Part shown: piece by piece, positions 22,401-37,650 of the stretch
How the letters are laid out: each line of letters starts with the position of its first letter
Position numbering within the stretch: position 1 is the stretch's first letter
DNA from: Auanema rhodensis
Taxonomy: Eukaryota > Animalia > Nematoda
Direction: 5' to 3'
NCBI GenBank assembly: GCA_964057225.1
Contig: OZ059896.1
Span: 7,936,001 to 8,000,000, forward strand
DNA: 64,000 nt
Notes under the pieces: generated by a model
Told to the model about the DNA's origin: nothing
Seen by the model: only the letters and a program-made list of their open reading frames with translations
Database searches by the model: none
Position numbers and translations under genes: made by a program

Positions 22401-24080
22401 TTTTGGTTGTCATTGTATGTTCGTAGCTACTAAGAAATATGCGAATACGATATATTCGTAGCTTCCGTAGCGCAGTAGGCAGCGCGTCAGTCTCATAATC
22501 TGAAGGTCGTGAGTTCGAGCCTCACCGGGAGCAATCTTTTTCGTTTTCCTCGATTTATTCTGATACAAAAGATATTCTTTCATTTTTATAGTTTTGGTTG
22601 TCATTCTATGTTCGTAGCTACTAAGAAATATGCGAATACGATATATTCGTAGCTTCCGTAGCGCAGTAGGCAGCGCGTCAGTCTCATAATCTGAAGGTCG
22701 TGAGTTCGAGCCTCACCGGGAGCAATCTTTTTCGTTTTCCTCGATTTAATCTGATACAAAAGATATTCTTTCATTTTTATAGTTTTGGTTGTCATTGTAT
22801 GTTCGTAGCTACTAAGAAATTTGCGCACACGCTGTATTCGTAGTTTCCGTAGCGCAGTAGGCAGCGCCTCAGTCTCATAATCTGAAGGTCGTGAGTTCGA
22901 GCCTCACCGGGAGCAATCTTTTTCGTTTTCCTCGATTTAATCTGATACAAAAGATATTCTTTCATTTTTATAGTTTTGGTTGTCATTGTATGTTCGTAGC
23001 TACTAAGAAATATGCGAATACGCTATATTCGTAGCTTCCGTAGCGCAGTAGGCAGCGCGTCAGTCTCATAATCTGAAGGTCGTGAGTTCGAGCCTCACCG
23101 GGAGCAATCTTTTCCGTTTTCCCAGATTTATTCTGATACAAAAGATGTTATATCATTTTTGTAGTTTTAGTTGTCTCTTGTATGTTAGTTTCTACTATGA
23201 AATATGCGAATACGATATATTCGTAGCTTCCGTAGCGCAGTAGGCAGCGCGTCAGTCTCATAATCTGAAGGTCGTGAGTTCGAGCCTCACCGGGAGCAAT
23301 CTTTTTCGTTTTCCTCGATTTATTCTGATACAAAAGATATTCTTTCATTTTTATAGTTTTAGTTGTCTCTTGTATGTTCGTAGCTACTAAGAAATATGCG
23401 AATACGATATATTCGTAGCTTCCGTAGCGCAGTAGGCAGCGCGTCAGTCTCATAATCTGAAGGTCGTGAGTTCGAGACTCACCGGGAGCAATCTTTTTCG
23501 TTTTCCTCGATTTAATCTGATACAAAAGATATTCTTTCATTTTTATAGTTTTGGTTGTCATTGTATGTTCGTAGCTACTAAGAAATTTGCGCACACGCTG
23601 TATTCGTAGCTTCCGTAGCGCAGTAGGCAGCGCGTCAGTCTCATAATCTGAAGGTCGTGAGTTCGAGCCTCACCGGGAGCAATCTTTTTCGTTTTCCTCG
23701 ATTTATTCTGATACAAAAGATATTCTTTCATTTTTATAGTTTTGGTTGTCATTGTATGTTAGTTTCTACTATGAAATATGCGAATACGATATATTCGTAG
23801 CTTCCGTAGCGCAGTAGGCAGCGCGTCAGTCTCATAATCTGAAGGTCGTGAGTTCGAGCCTCACCGGGAGCAATCTTTTTCGTTTTCCTCGATTTAATCT
23901 GATACAAAAGATATTCTTTCATTTTTATAGTTTTGGTTGTCATTGTATGTTCGTAGCTACTGAGAAATTTGCGCACACGCTGTATTCGTAGTTTCCGTAG
24001 CGCAGTAGGCAGCGCCTCAGTCTCATAATCTGAAGGTCGTGAGTTCGAGCTTCACCGGGAGCAATCGTTTTCGTTTTCCT

Positions 24081-25126
24081 TGAGGAAAGTGTTGGTGTTG
24101 ATTACCTAGTACATAAGCTGAACTTTTTATAACGTTATCATCTATAAATCTAATCCTATCTCGTTGTGTTAGCTCTTAGTTCACATATTTGAGTTTCTTC
24201 ATGGGTACATTCAACAATATCAATAAAAATACATTCAAAAAGGTAGCTGTTACCATTTCATCTACTCCAAATATACTCAGAGAGGTAACCATCCAACATA
24301 TTTTACTGTACCCTGTGCATGCGCTTGCTTTTAGTTTTGGCTAAATCTCAAAGACCTTCAATTATTTTGGTATTAGCTCCGGTCTCGGGATCCGTGAAGT
24401 TATACGTATGATTAACTGTTAAATGCCTATAATTTTGTGAAAGACTTTTAATACTCCCATATGCTCTCCAACCATCGCTCAGTATATTAATTTCACGCTC
24501 AATACAATTAATAACGCAGCTGTTTAACGTTTCTGCACTTCTATCAGGAACAGCAGAAAACCCATTGCGCTGGCCTAATACTACCCGCATTAAACTTTCT
24601 GCTAGAAACTAACGTTTCATCAAATTCAACAGTCAAACTGGGATCTCCAATCTTTGGAGAATGCTTCAAGAGGTTAAATGCACAAACTTTTCTTATATAT
24701 TTATTATAATCCACGACTGAGTTGATGAAATGTTCCATTTTTTATTAAAATTTCTCTTCTACAGTCTTTTCTAATATACCTTCACTTATTTCGAGCAGCA
24801 GAAAGACTCATTTGTCGTGTTCATCGGTCACCTTCGTTAGTTTGAGAGATTATTTCCTTCTCTTGCAGGAATTGGATGGCATCAGCTTCAGTACGAAGTC
24901 TCTTTTTTGGAGCGAAAAATTAGACGAAGTATGGTTGATAATGCAGAAGCAATGACCAATAATGATTCAATTTTTATATCATAATATAATCAAGTTTTAT
25001 TATACTTATTACAGACATTTACAAAGTAATATTCGCTTTCATAATTCATTGTGAATGTAATGAAATATTATTCCTTAATAGAAAGAGACCCCTCCCCCCC
25101 AAAGCCCTAGATACGGAAAAAGAACC
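24081..25126 (-). mobile_element. Merlin fragment, short form (150-bp internal deletion), copy 4
   Basis: 1046 bp; deletion junction ...ccacgactgagttgatg... Confidence 0.85.
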
Positions 25127-26104
25127 GCAATCGTTTTCGTTTTAATCGATTTATTCCGATACAAAAGATGTTATTTCATTTTTGTAGTTATGGTTGTCTC
25201 TTGTATGTTCGTAGCTACTAAGAAATTTGCGCACACGCTATATTCGTAGCTTCCGTAGCGCAGTAGGCAGCGCGTCAGTCTCATAATCTGAAGGTCGTGA
25301 GTTCGAGCCTCACCGGGAGCAATCTTTTCCGTTTTCCCAGATTTATTCTGATACAAAAGATGTTATTTCATTTTTGTAGTTTTGGTTGTCTCTTGTATGT
25401 TAGTTTCTACTATGAAATATGCGAATACGATATATTCGTAGCTTCCGTAGCGCAGTAGGCAACGCGTCAGTCTCATAATCTGAAGGTCGTGAGTTCGAGC
25501 CTCACCGGGAGCAATCTTTTTCGTTTTCCTCGATTTATTCTGATACAAAAGATATTCTTTCATTTTTATAGTTTTGGTTGTCATTGTATGTTCGTAGCTA
25601 CTAAGAAATATGCGAATACGATATATTCGTAGCTTCCGTAGCGCAGTAGGCAGCGCGTCAGTCTCATAATCTGAAGGTCGTGAGTTCGAGCCTCACCGGG
25701 AGCAATCTTTTCCGTTTTCCCAGATTTATTCTGATACAAAAGATGTTATATCATTTTTGTAGTTTTAGTTGTCTCTTGTATGTTAGTTTCTACTATGAAA
25801 TATGCGAATACGATATATTCGTAGCTTCCGTAGCGCAGTAGGCAGCGCGTCAGTCTCATAATCTGAAGGTCGTGAGTTCGAGCCTCACCGGGAGCAATCT
25901 TTTTCGTTTTCCTCGATTTAATCTGATACAAAAGATATTCTTTCATTTTTATAGTTTTGGTTGTCATTGTATGTTCGTAGCTACTAAGAAATTTGCGCAC
26001 ACGCTGTATTCGTAGTTTCCGTAGCGCAGTAGGCAGCGCCTCAGTCTCATAATCTGAAGGTCGTGAGTTCGAGCCTCACCGGGAGCAATCGTTTTCGTTT
26101 TCCT

Positions 26105-27150
26105 TGAGGAAAGTGTTGGTGTTGATTACCTAGTACATAAGCTGAACTTTTTATAACGTTATCATCTATAAATCTAATCCTATCTCGTTGTGTTAGCTCT
26201 TAGTTCACATATTTGAGTTTCTTCATGGGTACATTCAACAATATCAATAAAAATACATTCAAAAAGGTAGCTGTTACCATTTCATCTACTCCAAATATAC
26301 TCAGAGAGGTAACCATCCAACATATTTTACTGTACCCTGTGCATGCGCTTGCTTTTAGTTTTGGCTAAATCTCAAAGACCTTCAATTATTTTGGTATTAG
26401 CTCCGGTCTCGGGATCCGTGAAGTTATACGTATGATTAACTGTTAAATGCCTATAATTTTGTGAAAGACTTTTAATACTCCCATATGCTCTCCAACCATC
26501 GCTCAGTATATTAATTTCACGCTCAATACAATTAATAACGCAGCTGTTTAACGTTTCTGCACTTCTATCAGGAACAGCAGAAAACCCATTGCGCTGGCCT
26601 AATACTACCCGCATTAAACTTTCTGCTAGAAACTAACGTTTCATCAAATTCAACAGTCAAACTGGGATCTCCAATCTTTGGAGAATGCTTCAAGAGGTTA
26701 AATGCACAAACTTTTCTTATATATTTATTATAATCCACGACTGAGTTGATGAAATGTTCCATTTTTTATTAAAATTTCTCTTCTACAGTCTTTTCTAATA
26801 TACCTTCACTTATTTCGAGCAGCAGAAAGACTCATTTGTCGTGTTCATCGGTCACCTTCGTTAGTTTGAGAGATTATTTCCTTCTCTTGCAGGAATTGGA
26901 TGGCATCAGCTTCAGTACGAAGTCTCTTTTTTGGAGCGAAAAATTAGACGAAGTATGGTTGATAATGCAGAAGCAATGACCAATAATGATTCAATTTTTA
27001 TATCATAATATAATCAAGTTTTATTATACTTATTACAGACATTTACAAAGTAATATTCGCTTTCATAATTCATTGTGAATGTAATGAAATATTATTCCTT
27101 AATAGAAAGAGACCCCTCCCCCCCAAAGCCCTAGATACGGCAAAAGAACC
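26105..27150 (-). mobile_element. Merlin fragment, short form, copy 5
   Basis: 1046 bp, same deletion. Confidence 0.85.
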
Positions 27151-29084
27151 GCAATCGTTTTCGTTTTAATCGATTTATTCCGATACAAAAGATGTTATTT
27201 CATTTTTGTAGTTATGGTTGTCTCTTGTATGTTCGTAGCTACTAAGAAATTTGCGCACACGCTATATTCGTAGCTTCCGTAGCGCAGTAGGCAGCGCGTC
27301 AGTCTCATAATCTGAAGGTCGTGAGTTCGAGCCTCACCGGGAGCAATCTTTTCCGTTTTCCCAGATTTATTCTGATACAAAAGATGTTATTTCATTTTTG
27401 TAGTTTTGGTTGTCTCTTGTATGTTAGTTTCTACTATGAAATATGCGAATACGATATATTCGTAGCTTCCGTAGCGCAGTAGGCAGCGCGTCAGTCTCAT
27501 AATCTGAAGGTCGTGAGTTCGAGCCTCACCGGGAGCAATCTTTTTCGTTTTCCTCGATTTATTCTGATACAAAAGATATTCTTTCATTTTTATAGTTTTG
27601 GTTGTCATTGTATGTTCGTAGCTACTAAGAAATATGCGAATACGATATATTCGTAGCTTCCGTAGCGCAGTAGGCAGCGCGTCAGTCTCATAATCTGAAG
27701 GTCGTGAGTTCGAGCCTCACCGGGAGCAATCTTTTCCGTTTTCCCAGATTTATTCTGATACAAAAGATGTTATATCATTTTTGTAGTTTTAGTTGTCTCT
27801 TGTATGTTAGTTTCTACTATGAAATATGCGAATACGATATATTCGTAGCTTCCGTAGCGCAGTAGGCAGCGCGTCAGTCTCATAATCTGAAGGTCGTGAG
27901 TTCGAGCCTCACCGGGAGCAATCTTTTTCGTTTTCCTCGATTTAATCTGATACAAAAGATATTCTTTCATTTTTATAGTTTTGGTTGTCATTGTATGTTC
28001 GTAGCTACTAAGAAATATGCGAATACGATATATTCGTAGCTTCCGTAGCGCAGTAGGCAGCGCGTCAGTCTCATAATCTGAAGGTCGTGAGTTCGAGCCT
28101 CACCGGGAGCAATCTTTTTCGTTTTCCTCGATTTATTCTGATACAAAAGATATTCTTTCATTTTTATAGTTTTGGTTGTCATTCTATGTTCGTAGCTACT
28201 AAGAAATATGCGAATACGATATATTCGTAGCTTCCGTAGCGCAGTAGGCAGCGCGTCAGTCTCATAATCTGAAGGTCGTGAGTTCGAGCCTCACCGGGAG
28301 CAATCGTTTTCGTTTTCCCAGATTTATTCTGATACAAAAGATGTTATATCATTTTTGTAGTTTTAGTTGTCTCTTGTATGTTAGTTTCTACTATGAAATA
28401 TGCGAATACGATATATTCGTAGCTTCCGTAGCGCAGTAGGCAGCGCGTCAGTCTCATAATCTGAAGGTCGTGAGTTCGAGCCTCACCGGGAGCAATCTTT
28501 TTCGTTTTCCTCGATTTAATCTGATACAAAAGATATTCTTTCATTTTTATAGTTTTGGTTGTCATTGTATGTTCGTAGCTACTAAGAAATATGCGAATAC
28601 GATATATTCGTAGCTTCCGTAGCGCAGTAGGCAGCGCGTCAGTCTCATAATCTGAAGGTCGTGAGTTCGAGCCTCACCGGGAGCAATCTTTTTCGTTTTC
28701 CTCGATTTATTCTGATACAAAAGATATTCTTTCATTTTTATAGTTTTGGTTGTCATTCTATGTTCGTAGCTACTAAGAAATATGCGAATACGATATATTC
28801 GTAGCTTCCGTAGCGCAGTAGGCAGCGCGTCAGTCTCATAATCTGAAGGTCGTGAGTTCGAGCCTCACCGGGAGCAATCTTTTTCGTTTTCCTCGATTTA
28901 ATCTGATACAAAAGATATTCTTTCATTTTTATAGTTTTGGTTGTCATTGTATGTTCGTAGCTACTAAGAAATTTGCGCACACGCTGTATTCGTAGTTTCC
29001 GTAGCGCAGTAGGCAGCGCCTCAGTCTCATAATCTGAAGGTCGTGAGTTCGAGCCTCACCGGGAGCAATCTTTTTCGTTTTCCT

Positions 29085-30130
29085 TGAGGAAAGTGTTGGT
29101 GTTGATTACCTAGTACATAAGCTGAACTTTTTATAACGTTATCATCTATAAATCTAATCCTATCTCGTTGTGTTAGCTCTTAGTTCACATATTTGAGTTT
29201 CTTCATGGGTACATTCAACAATATCAATAAAAATACATTCAAAAAGGTAGCTGTTACCATTTCATCTACTCCAAATATACTCAGAGAGGTAACCATCCAA
29301 CATATTTTACTGTACCCTGTGCATGCGCTTGCTTTTAGTTTTGGCTAAATTTCAAAGACCTTCAATTATTTTGGTATTAGCTCCGGTCTCGGGATCCGTG
29401 AAGTTATACGTATGATTAACTGTTAAATGCCTATAATTTTGTGAAAGACTTTTAATACTCCCATATGCTCTCCAACCATCGCTCAGTATATTAATTTCAC
29501 GCTCAATACAATTAATAACGCAGCTGTTTAACGTTTCTGCACTTCTATCAGGAACAGCAGAAAACCCATTGCGCTGGCCTAATACTACCCGGATTAAACT
29601 TTCTGCTAGAAACTAACGTTTCATCAAATTCAACAGTCAAACTGGGATCTCCAATCTTTGGAGAATGCTTCAAGAGGTTAAATGCACAAACTTTTCTTAT
29701 ATATTTATTATAATCCACGACTGAGTTGATGAAATGTTCCATTTTTTATTAAAATTTCTCTTCTACAGTCTTTTCTAATATACCTTCACTTATTTCGAGC
29801 AGCAGAAAGACTCATTTGTCGTGTTCATCGGTCACCTTCGTTAGTTTGATAGATTATTTCCTTCTCTTGCAGGAATTGGATGGCATCAGCTTCAGTACGA
29901 AGTCTCTTTTTTGGAGCGAAAATTTAGACGAAGTATGGTTGATAATGCAGAAGCAATGACCAATAATGATTCAATTTTTATATCATAATATAATCAAGTT
30001 TTATTATACTTATTACAGACATTTACAAAGTAATATTCGCTTTCATAATTCATTGTGAATGTAATGAAATATTATTCCTTAATAGAAAGAGACCCCTCCC
30101 CCCCAAAGCCCTAGATACGGAAAAAGAACC
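29085..30130 (-). mobile_element. Merlin fragment, short form, copy 6
   Basis: 1046 bp, same deletion. Confidence 0.85.
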
Positions 30131-31682
30131 GCAATCGTTTTCGTTTTAATCGATTTATTCCGATACAAAAGATGTTATTTCATTTTTGTAGTTATGGTTG
30201 TCTCTTGTATGTTCGTAGCTACTAAGAAATTTGCGCACACGCTATATTCGTAGCTTCCGTAGCGCAGTAGGCAGCGCGTCAGTCTCATAATCTGAAGGTC
30301 GTGAGTTCGAGCCTCACCGGGAGCAATCTTTTCCGTTTTCCCAGATTTATTCTGATACAAAAGATGTTATTTCATTTTTGTAGTTTTGGTTGTCTCTTGT
30401 ATGTTAGTTTCTACTATGAAATATGCGAATACGATATATTCGTAGCTTCCGTAGCGCAGTAGGCAGCGCGTCAGTCTCATAATCTGAAGGTCGTGAGTTC
30501 GAGCCTCACCGGGAGCAATCTTTTTCGTTTTCCTCAATGTATTCTGATACAAAAGATATTCTTTCATTTTTATAGTTTTGGTTGTCATTGTATGTTCGTA
30601 GCTACTAAGAAATATGCGAATACGATATATTCGTAGCTTCCGTAGCGCAGTAGGCAGCGCGTCAGTCTCATAATCTGAAGGTCGTGAGTTCGAGCCTCAC
30701 CGGGAGCAATTTTTTCCGTTTTCCCAGATTTATTCTGATACAAAAGATGTTATATCATTTTTGTAGTTTTAGTTGTCTCTTGTATGTTAGTTTCTACTAT
30801 GAAATATGCGAATACGATATATTCGTAGCTTCCGTAGCGCAGTAGGCAGCGCGTCAGTCTCATAATCTGAAGGTCGTGAGTTCGAGCCTCACCGGGAGCA
30901 ATCTTTTTCGTTTTCCTCGATTTAATCTGATACAAAAGATATTCTTTCATTTTTATAGTTTTGGTTGTCATTGTATGTTCGTAGCTACTAAGAAATTTGC
31001 GCACACGCTGTATTCGTAGCTTCCGTAGCGCAGTAGGCAGCGCGTCAGTCTCATAATCTGAAGGTCGTGAGTTCGAGCCTCACCGGGAGCAATCTTTTTC
31101 GTTTTCCTCGATTTATTCTGATACAAAAGATATTCTTTCATTTTTATAGTTTTGGTTGTCATTGTATGTTCGTAGCTACTAAGAAATATGCGAATACGAT
31201 ATATTCGTAGCTTCCGTAGCGCAGTAGGCAGCGCGTCAGTCTCATAATCTGAAGGTCGTGAGTTCGAGCCTCACCGGGAGCAATTTTTTCCGTTTTCCCA
31301 GATTTATTCTGATACAAAAGATGTTATATCATTTTTGTAGTTTTAGTTGTCTCTTGTATGTTAGTTTCTACTATGAAATATGCGAATACGATATATTCGT
31401 AGCTTCCGTAGCGCAGTAGGCAGCGCGTCAGTCTCATAATCTGAAGGTCGTGAGTTCGAGCCTCACCGGGAGCAATCTTTTTCGTTTTCCTCGATTTAAT
31501 CTGATACAAAAGATATTCTTTCATTTTTATAGTTTTGGTTGTCATTGTATGTTCGTAGCTACTAAGAAATTTGCGCACACGCTGTATTCGTAGTTTCCGT
31601 AGCGCAGTAGGCAGCGCCTCAGTCTCATAATCTGAAGGTCGTGAGTTCGAGCCTCACCGGGAGCAATCGTTTTCGTTTTCCT

Positions 31683-32878
31683 TGAGGAAAGTGTTGGTGT
31701 TGATTACCTAGTACATAAGCTGAACTTTTTATAACGTTATCATCTATAAATCTAATCCTATCTCGTTGTGTTAGCTCTTAGTTCACATATTTGAGTTTCT
31801 TCATGGGTACATTCAACAATATCAATAAAAATACATTCAAAAAGGTAGCTGTTACCATTTCATCTACTCCAAATATACTCAGAGAGGTAACCATCCAACA
31901 TATTTTACTGTACCCTGTGCATGCGCTTGCTTTTAGTTTTGGCTAAATTTCAAAGACCTTCAATTATTTTGGTATTAGCTCCGGTCTCGGGATCCGTGAA
32001 GTTATACGTATGATTAACTGTTAAATGCCTATAATTTTGTGAAAGACTTTTAATACTCCCATATGCTCTCCAACCATCGCTCAGTATATTAATTTCACGC
32101 TCAATACAATTAATAACGCAGCTGTTTAACGTTTCTGCACTTCTATCAGGAACAGCAGAAAACCCATTGCGCTGGCCTAATACTACCCGGATTAAACTTT
32201 CTGCTAGAAACTAACGTTTCATCAAATTCAACAGTCAAACTGGGATCTCCAATCTTTGGAGAATGCTTCAAGAGGTTAAATGCACAAACTTTTCTTATAT
32301 ATTTATTATAATCCACGGCTGTTTTGCAAGAGCTTATTCCTAACTCATATTGACAGAACTTTACAGTAGTGTATTCCTTGCTCCAGCCGTGTACGAAAAA
32401 AATGAACTTGGTATAACCGAATTTTGAGCCTAAAATGTTTGTGTTGATTATATTCAGATTTTAACTTTATGAGTTGATGAAATGTTCCATTTTTTGTTAA
32501 AATTTCTCTTCTACAGTCTTTTCTAATATACCTTCACTTATTTCGAGCAGCAGAAAGACTCATTTGTCGTGTTCATCGGTCACCTTCGTTAGTTTGAGAG
32601 ATTATTTCCTTCTCTTGCAGGAATTGGATGGCATCAGCTTCAGTACGAAGTCTCTTTTTTGGAGCGAACATTTAGACGAAGTATGGTTGATAATGCAGAA
32701 GCAATGACCAATAATGATTCAATTTTTATATCATAATATAATCAAGTTTTATTATACTTATTACAGACATTTACAAAGTAATATTCGCTTTCATAATTCA
32801 TTGTGAATGTAATGAAATATTATTCCTTAATAGAAAGAGACCCCTCCCCCCCAAAGCCCTAGATACGGAAAAAGAACC
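31683..32878 (-). mobile_element. Merlin fragment, long form, copy 7
   Basis: 1196 bp, same junctions. Confidence 0.85.
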
Positions 32879-34430
32879 GCAATCGTTTTCGTTTTCCTCG
32901 ATTTATTCCGATACAAAAGATGTTATTTCATTTTTGTCGTTATGGTTGTCTCTTGTATGTTCGTAGCTACTAAGAAATTTGCGCACACGCTATATTCGTA
33001 GCTTCCGTAGCGCAGTAGGCAGCGCGTCAGTCTCATAATCTGAAGGTCGTGAGTTCGAGCCTCACCGGGAGCAATCTTTTCCGTTTTCCCAGATTTATTC
33101 TGATACAAAAGATGTTATTTCATTTTTGTAGTTTTGGTTGTCTCTTGTATGTTAGTTTCTACTATGAAATATGCGAATACGATATATTCGTAGCTTCCGT
33201 AGCGCAGTAGGCAGCGCGTCAGTCTCATAATCTGAAGGTCGTGAGTTCAAGCCTCACCGGGAGCAATCTTTTTCGTTTTCCTCGATTTATTCTGATACAA
33301 AAGATATTCTTTCATTTTTATAGTTTTGGTTGTCATTGTATGTTCGTAGCTACTAAGAAATATGCGAATACGATATATTCGTAGCTTCCGTAGCGCAGTA
33401 GGCAGCGCGTCAGTCTCATAATCTGAAGGTCGTGAGTTCGACCCTCACCGGGAGCAATCTTTTCCGTTTTCCCAGATTTATTCTGATACAAAAGATGTTA
33501 TATCATTTTTGTAGTTTTAGTTGTCTCTTGTATGTTAGTTTCTACTATGAAATATGCGAATACGATATATTCGTAGCTTCCGTAGCGCAGTAGGCAGCGC
33601 GTCAGTCTCATAATCTGAAGGTCGTGAGTTCGAGCCTCACCGGGAGCAATCTTTTTCGTTTTCCTCGATTTAATCTGATACAAAAGATATTCTTTCATTT
33701 TTATAGTTTTGGTTGTCATTGTATGTTCGTAGCTACTAAGAAATATGCGAATACGATATATTCGTAGCTTCCGTAGCGCAGTAGGCAGCGCGTCAGTCTC
33801 ATAATCTGAAGGTCGTGAGTTCGAGCCTCACCGGGAGCAATCTTTTTCGTTTTCCTCGATTTAATCTGATACAAAAGATATTCTTTCATTTTTATAGTTT
33901 TGGTTGTCATTGTATGTTCGTAGCTACTAAGAAATATGCGAATACGATATATTCGTAGCTTCCGTAGCGCAGTAGGCAGCGCGTCAGTCTCATAATCTGA
34001 AGGTCGTGAGTTCGAACCTCACCGGGAGCAATTTTTTCCGTTTTCCCAGATTTATTCTGATACAAAAGATGTTATTTCATTTTTGTAGTTTTGGTTGTCT
34101 CTTGTATGTTAGTTTCTACTATGAAATATGCGAATACGATATATTCGTAGCTTCCGTAGCGCAGTAGGCAGCGCGTCAGTCTCATAATCTGAAGGTCGTG
34201 AGTTCAAGCCTCACCGGGAGCAATCTTTTTCGTTTTCCTCGATTTATTCTGATACAAAAGATATTCTTTCATTTTTATAGTTTTGGTTGTCATTGTATGT
34301 TCGTAGCTACTAAGAAATTTGCGCACACGCTGTATTCGTAGTTTCCGTAGCGCAGTAGGCAGCGCCTCAGTCTCATAATCTGAAGGTCGTGAGTTCGAGC
34401 CTCACCGGGAGCAATCGTTTTCGTTTTCCT

Positions 34431-35626
34431 TGAGGAAAGTGTTGGTGTTGATTACCTAGTACATAAGCTGAACTTTTTATAACGTTATCATCTATAAATC
34501 TAATCCTATCTCGTTGTGTTAGCTCTTAGTTCACATATTTGAGTTTCTTCATGGGTACATTCAACAATATCAATAAAAATACATTCAAAAAGGTAGCTGT
34601 TACCATTTCATCTACTCCAAATATACTCAGAGAGGTAACCATCCAACATATTTTACTGTACCCTGTGCATGCGCTTGCTTTTAGTTTTGGCTAAATTTCA
34701 AAGACCTTCAATTATTTTGGTATTAGCTCCGGTCTCGGGATCCGTGAAGTTATACGTATGATTAACTGTTAAATGCCTATAATTTTGTGAAAGACTTTTA
34801 ATACTCCCATATGCTCTCCAACCATCGCTCAGTATATTAATTTCACGCTCAATACAATTAATAACGCAGCTGTTTAACGTTTCTGCACTTCTATCAGGAA
34901 CAGCAGAAAACCCATTGCGCTGGCCTAATACTACCCGGATTAAACTTTCTGCTAGAAACTAACGTTTCATCAAATTCAACAGTCAAACTGGGATCTCCAA
35001 TCTTTGGAGAATGCTTCAAGAGGTTAAATGCACAAACTTTTCTTATATATTTATTATAATCCACGGCTGTTTTGCAAGAGCTTATTCCTAACTCATATTG
35101 ACAGAACTTTACAGTAGTGTATTCCTTGCTCCAGCCGTGTACGAAAAAAATGAACTTGGTATAACCGAATTTTGAGCCTAAAATGTTTGTGTTGATTATA
35201 TTCAGATTTTAACTTTATGAGTTGATGAAATGTTCCATTTTTTGTTAAAATTTCTCTTCTACAGTCTTTTCTAATATACCTTCACTTATTTCGAGCAGCA
35301 GAAAGACTCATTTGTCGTGTTCATCGGTCACCTTCGTTAGTTTGAGAGATTATTTCCTTCTCTTGCAGGAATTGGATGGCATCAGCTTCAGTACGAAGTC
35401 TCTTTTTTGGAGCGAACATTTAGACGAAGTATGGTTGATAATGCAGAAGCAATGACTAATAATGATTCAATTTTTATATCATAATATAATCAAGTTTTAT
35501 TATACTTATTACAGACATTTACAAAGTAATATTCGCTTTCATAATTCATTGTGAATGTAATGAAATATTATTCCTTAATAGAAAGAGACCCCTCCCCCCC
35601 AAAGCCCTAGATACGGAAAAAGAACC
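34431..35626 (-). mobile_element. Merlin fragment, long form, copy 8
   Basis: 1196 bp, same junctions. Confidence 0.85.
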
Positions 35627-36604
35627 GCAATCGTTTTCGTTTTCCTCGATTTATTCCGATACAAAAGATGTTATTTCATTTTTGTCGTTATGGTTGTCTC
35701 TTGTATGTTCGTAGCTACTAAGAAATTTGCGCACACGCTATATTCGTAGCTTCCGTAGCGCAGTAGGCAGCGCGTCAGTCTCATAATCTGAAGGTCGTGA
35801 GTTCGAGCCTCACCGGGAGCAATCTTTTCCGTTTTCCGAGATATATTCTGATACAAAAGATGTTATTTCACTTTTGTAGTTTTGGTTGTCTCTTGTATGT
35901 TAGTTTCTACTATGAAATATGCGAATACGATATATTCGTAGCTTCCGTAGCGCAGTAGGCAGCGCGTCAGTCTCATAATCTGAAGGTCGTGAGTTCGAGC
36001 CTCACCGGGAGCAATCTTTTCCGTTTTCCTCGATTTAATCTGATACAAAAGATATTCTTTCATTTTTATAGTTTTGGTTGTCATTGTATGTTCGTAGCTA
36101 CTAAGAAATATGCGAATACGATATATTCGTAGCTTCCGTAGCGCAGTAGGCAGCGCGTCAGTCTCATAATCTGAAGGTCGTGAGTTCGACCCTCACCGGG
36201 AGCAATCTTTTCCGTTTTCCCAGATTTATTCTGATACAAAAGATGTTATATCATTTTTGTAGTTTTAGTTGTCTCTTGTATGTTAGTTTCTACTATGAAA
36301 TATGCGAATACGATATATTCGTAGCTTCCGTAGCGCAGTAGGCAGCGCGTCAGTCTCATAATCTGAAGGTCGTGAGTTCGAGCCTCACCGGGAGCAATCT
36401 TTTTCGTTTTCCTCGATTTAATCTGATACAAAAGATATTCTTTCATTTTTATAGTTTTGGTTGTCATTGTATGTTCGTAGCTACTAAGAAATTTGCGCAC
36501 ACGCTGTATTCGTAGTTTCCGTAGCGCAGTAGGCAGCGCCTCAGTCTCATAATCTGAAGGTCGTGAGTTCGAGCTTCACCGGGAGCAATCTTTTTCGTTT
36601 TCCT

Positions 36605-37650
36605 TGAGGAAAGTGTTGGTGTTGATTACCTAGTACATAAGCTGAACTTTTTATAACGTTATCATCTATAAATCTAATCCTATCTCGTTGTGTTAGCTCT
36701 TAGTTCACATATTTGAGTTTCTTCATGGGTACATTCAACAATATCAATAAAAATACATTCAAAAAGGTAGCTGTTACCATTTCATCTACTCCAAATATAC
36801 TCAGAGAGGTAACCATCCAACATATTTTACTGTACCCTGTGCATGCGCTTGCTTTTAGTTTTGGCTAAATTTCAAAGACCTTCAATTATTTTGGTATTAG
36901 CTCCGGTCTCGGGATCCGTGAAGTTATACGTATGATTAACTGTTAAATGCCTATAATTTTGTGAAAGACTTTTAATACTCCCATATGCTCTCCAACCATC
37001 GCTCAGTATATTAATTTCACGCTCAATACAATTAATAACGCAGCTGTTTAACGTTTCTGCACTTCTATCAGGAACAGCAGAAAACCCATTGCGCTGGCCT
37101 AATACTACCCGGATTAAACTTTCTGCTAGAAACTAACGTTTCATCAAATTCAACAGTCAAACTGGGATCTCCAATCTTTGGAGAATGCTTCAAGAGGTTA
37201 AATGCACAAACTTTTCTTATATATTTATTATAATCCACGACTGAGTTGATGAAATGTTCCATTTTTTATTAAAATTTCTCTTCTACAGTCTTTTCTAATA
37301 TACCTTCACTTATTTCGAGCAGCAGAAAGACTCATTTGTCGTGTTCATCGGTCACCTTCGTTAGTTTGAGAGATTATTTCCTTCTCTTGCAGGAATTGGA
37401 TGGCATCAGCTTCAGTACGATGTCTCTTTTTTAGAGCGAACATTTAGACGAAGTATGGTTGATAATGCAGAAGCAATGACTAATAATGATTCAATTTTTA
37501 TATCATAATATAATCAAGTTTTATTATACTTATTACAGACAATTACAAAGTAATATTCGCTTTCATAATTCATTGTGAATGTAATGAAATATTATTCCTT
37601 AATAGAAAGAGACCCCTCCCCCCCAAAGCCCTAGATACGGAAAAAGAACC
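36605..37650 (-). mobile_element. Merlin fragment, short form, copy 9
   Basis: 1046 bp, same deletion. Confidence 0.85.
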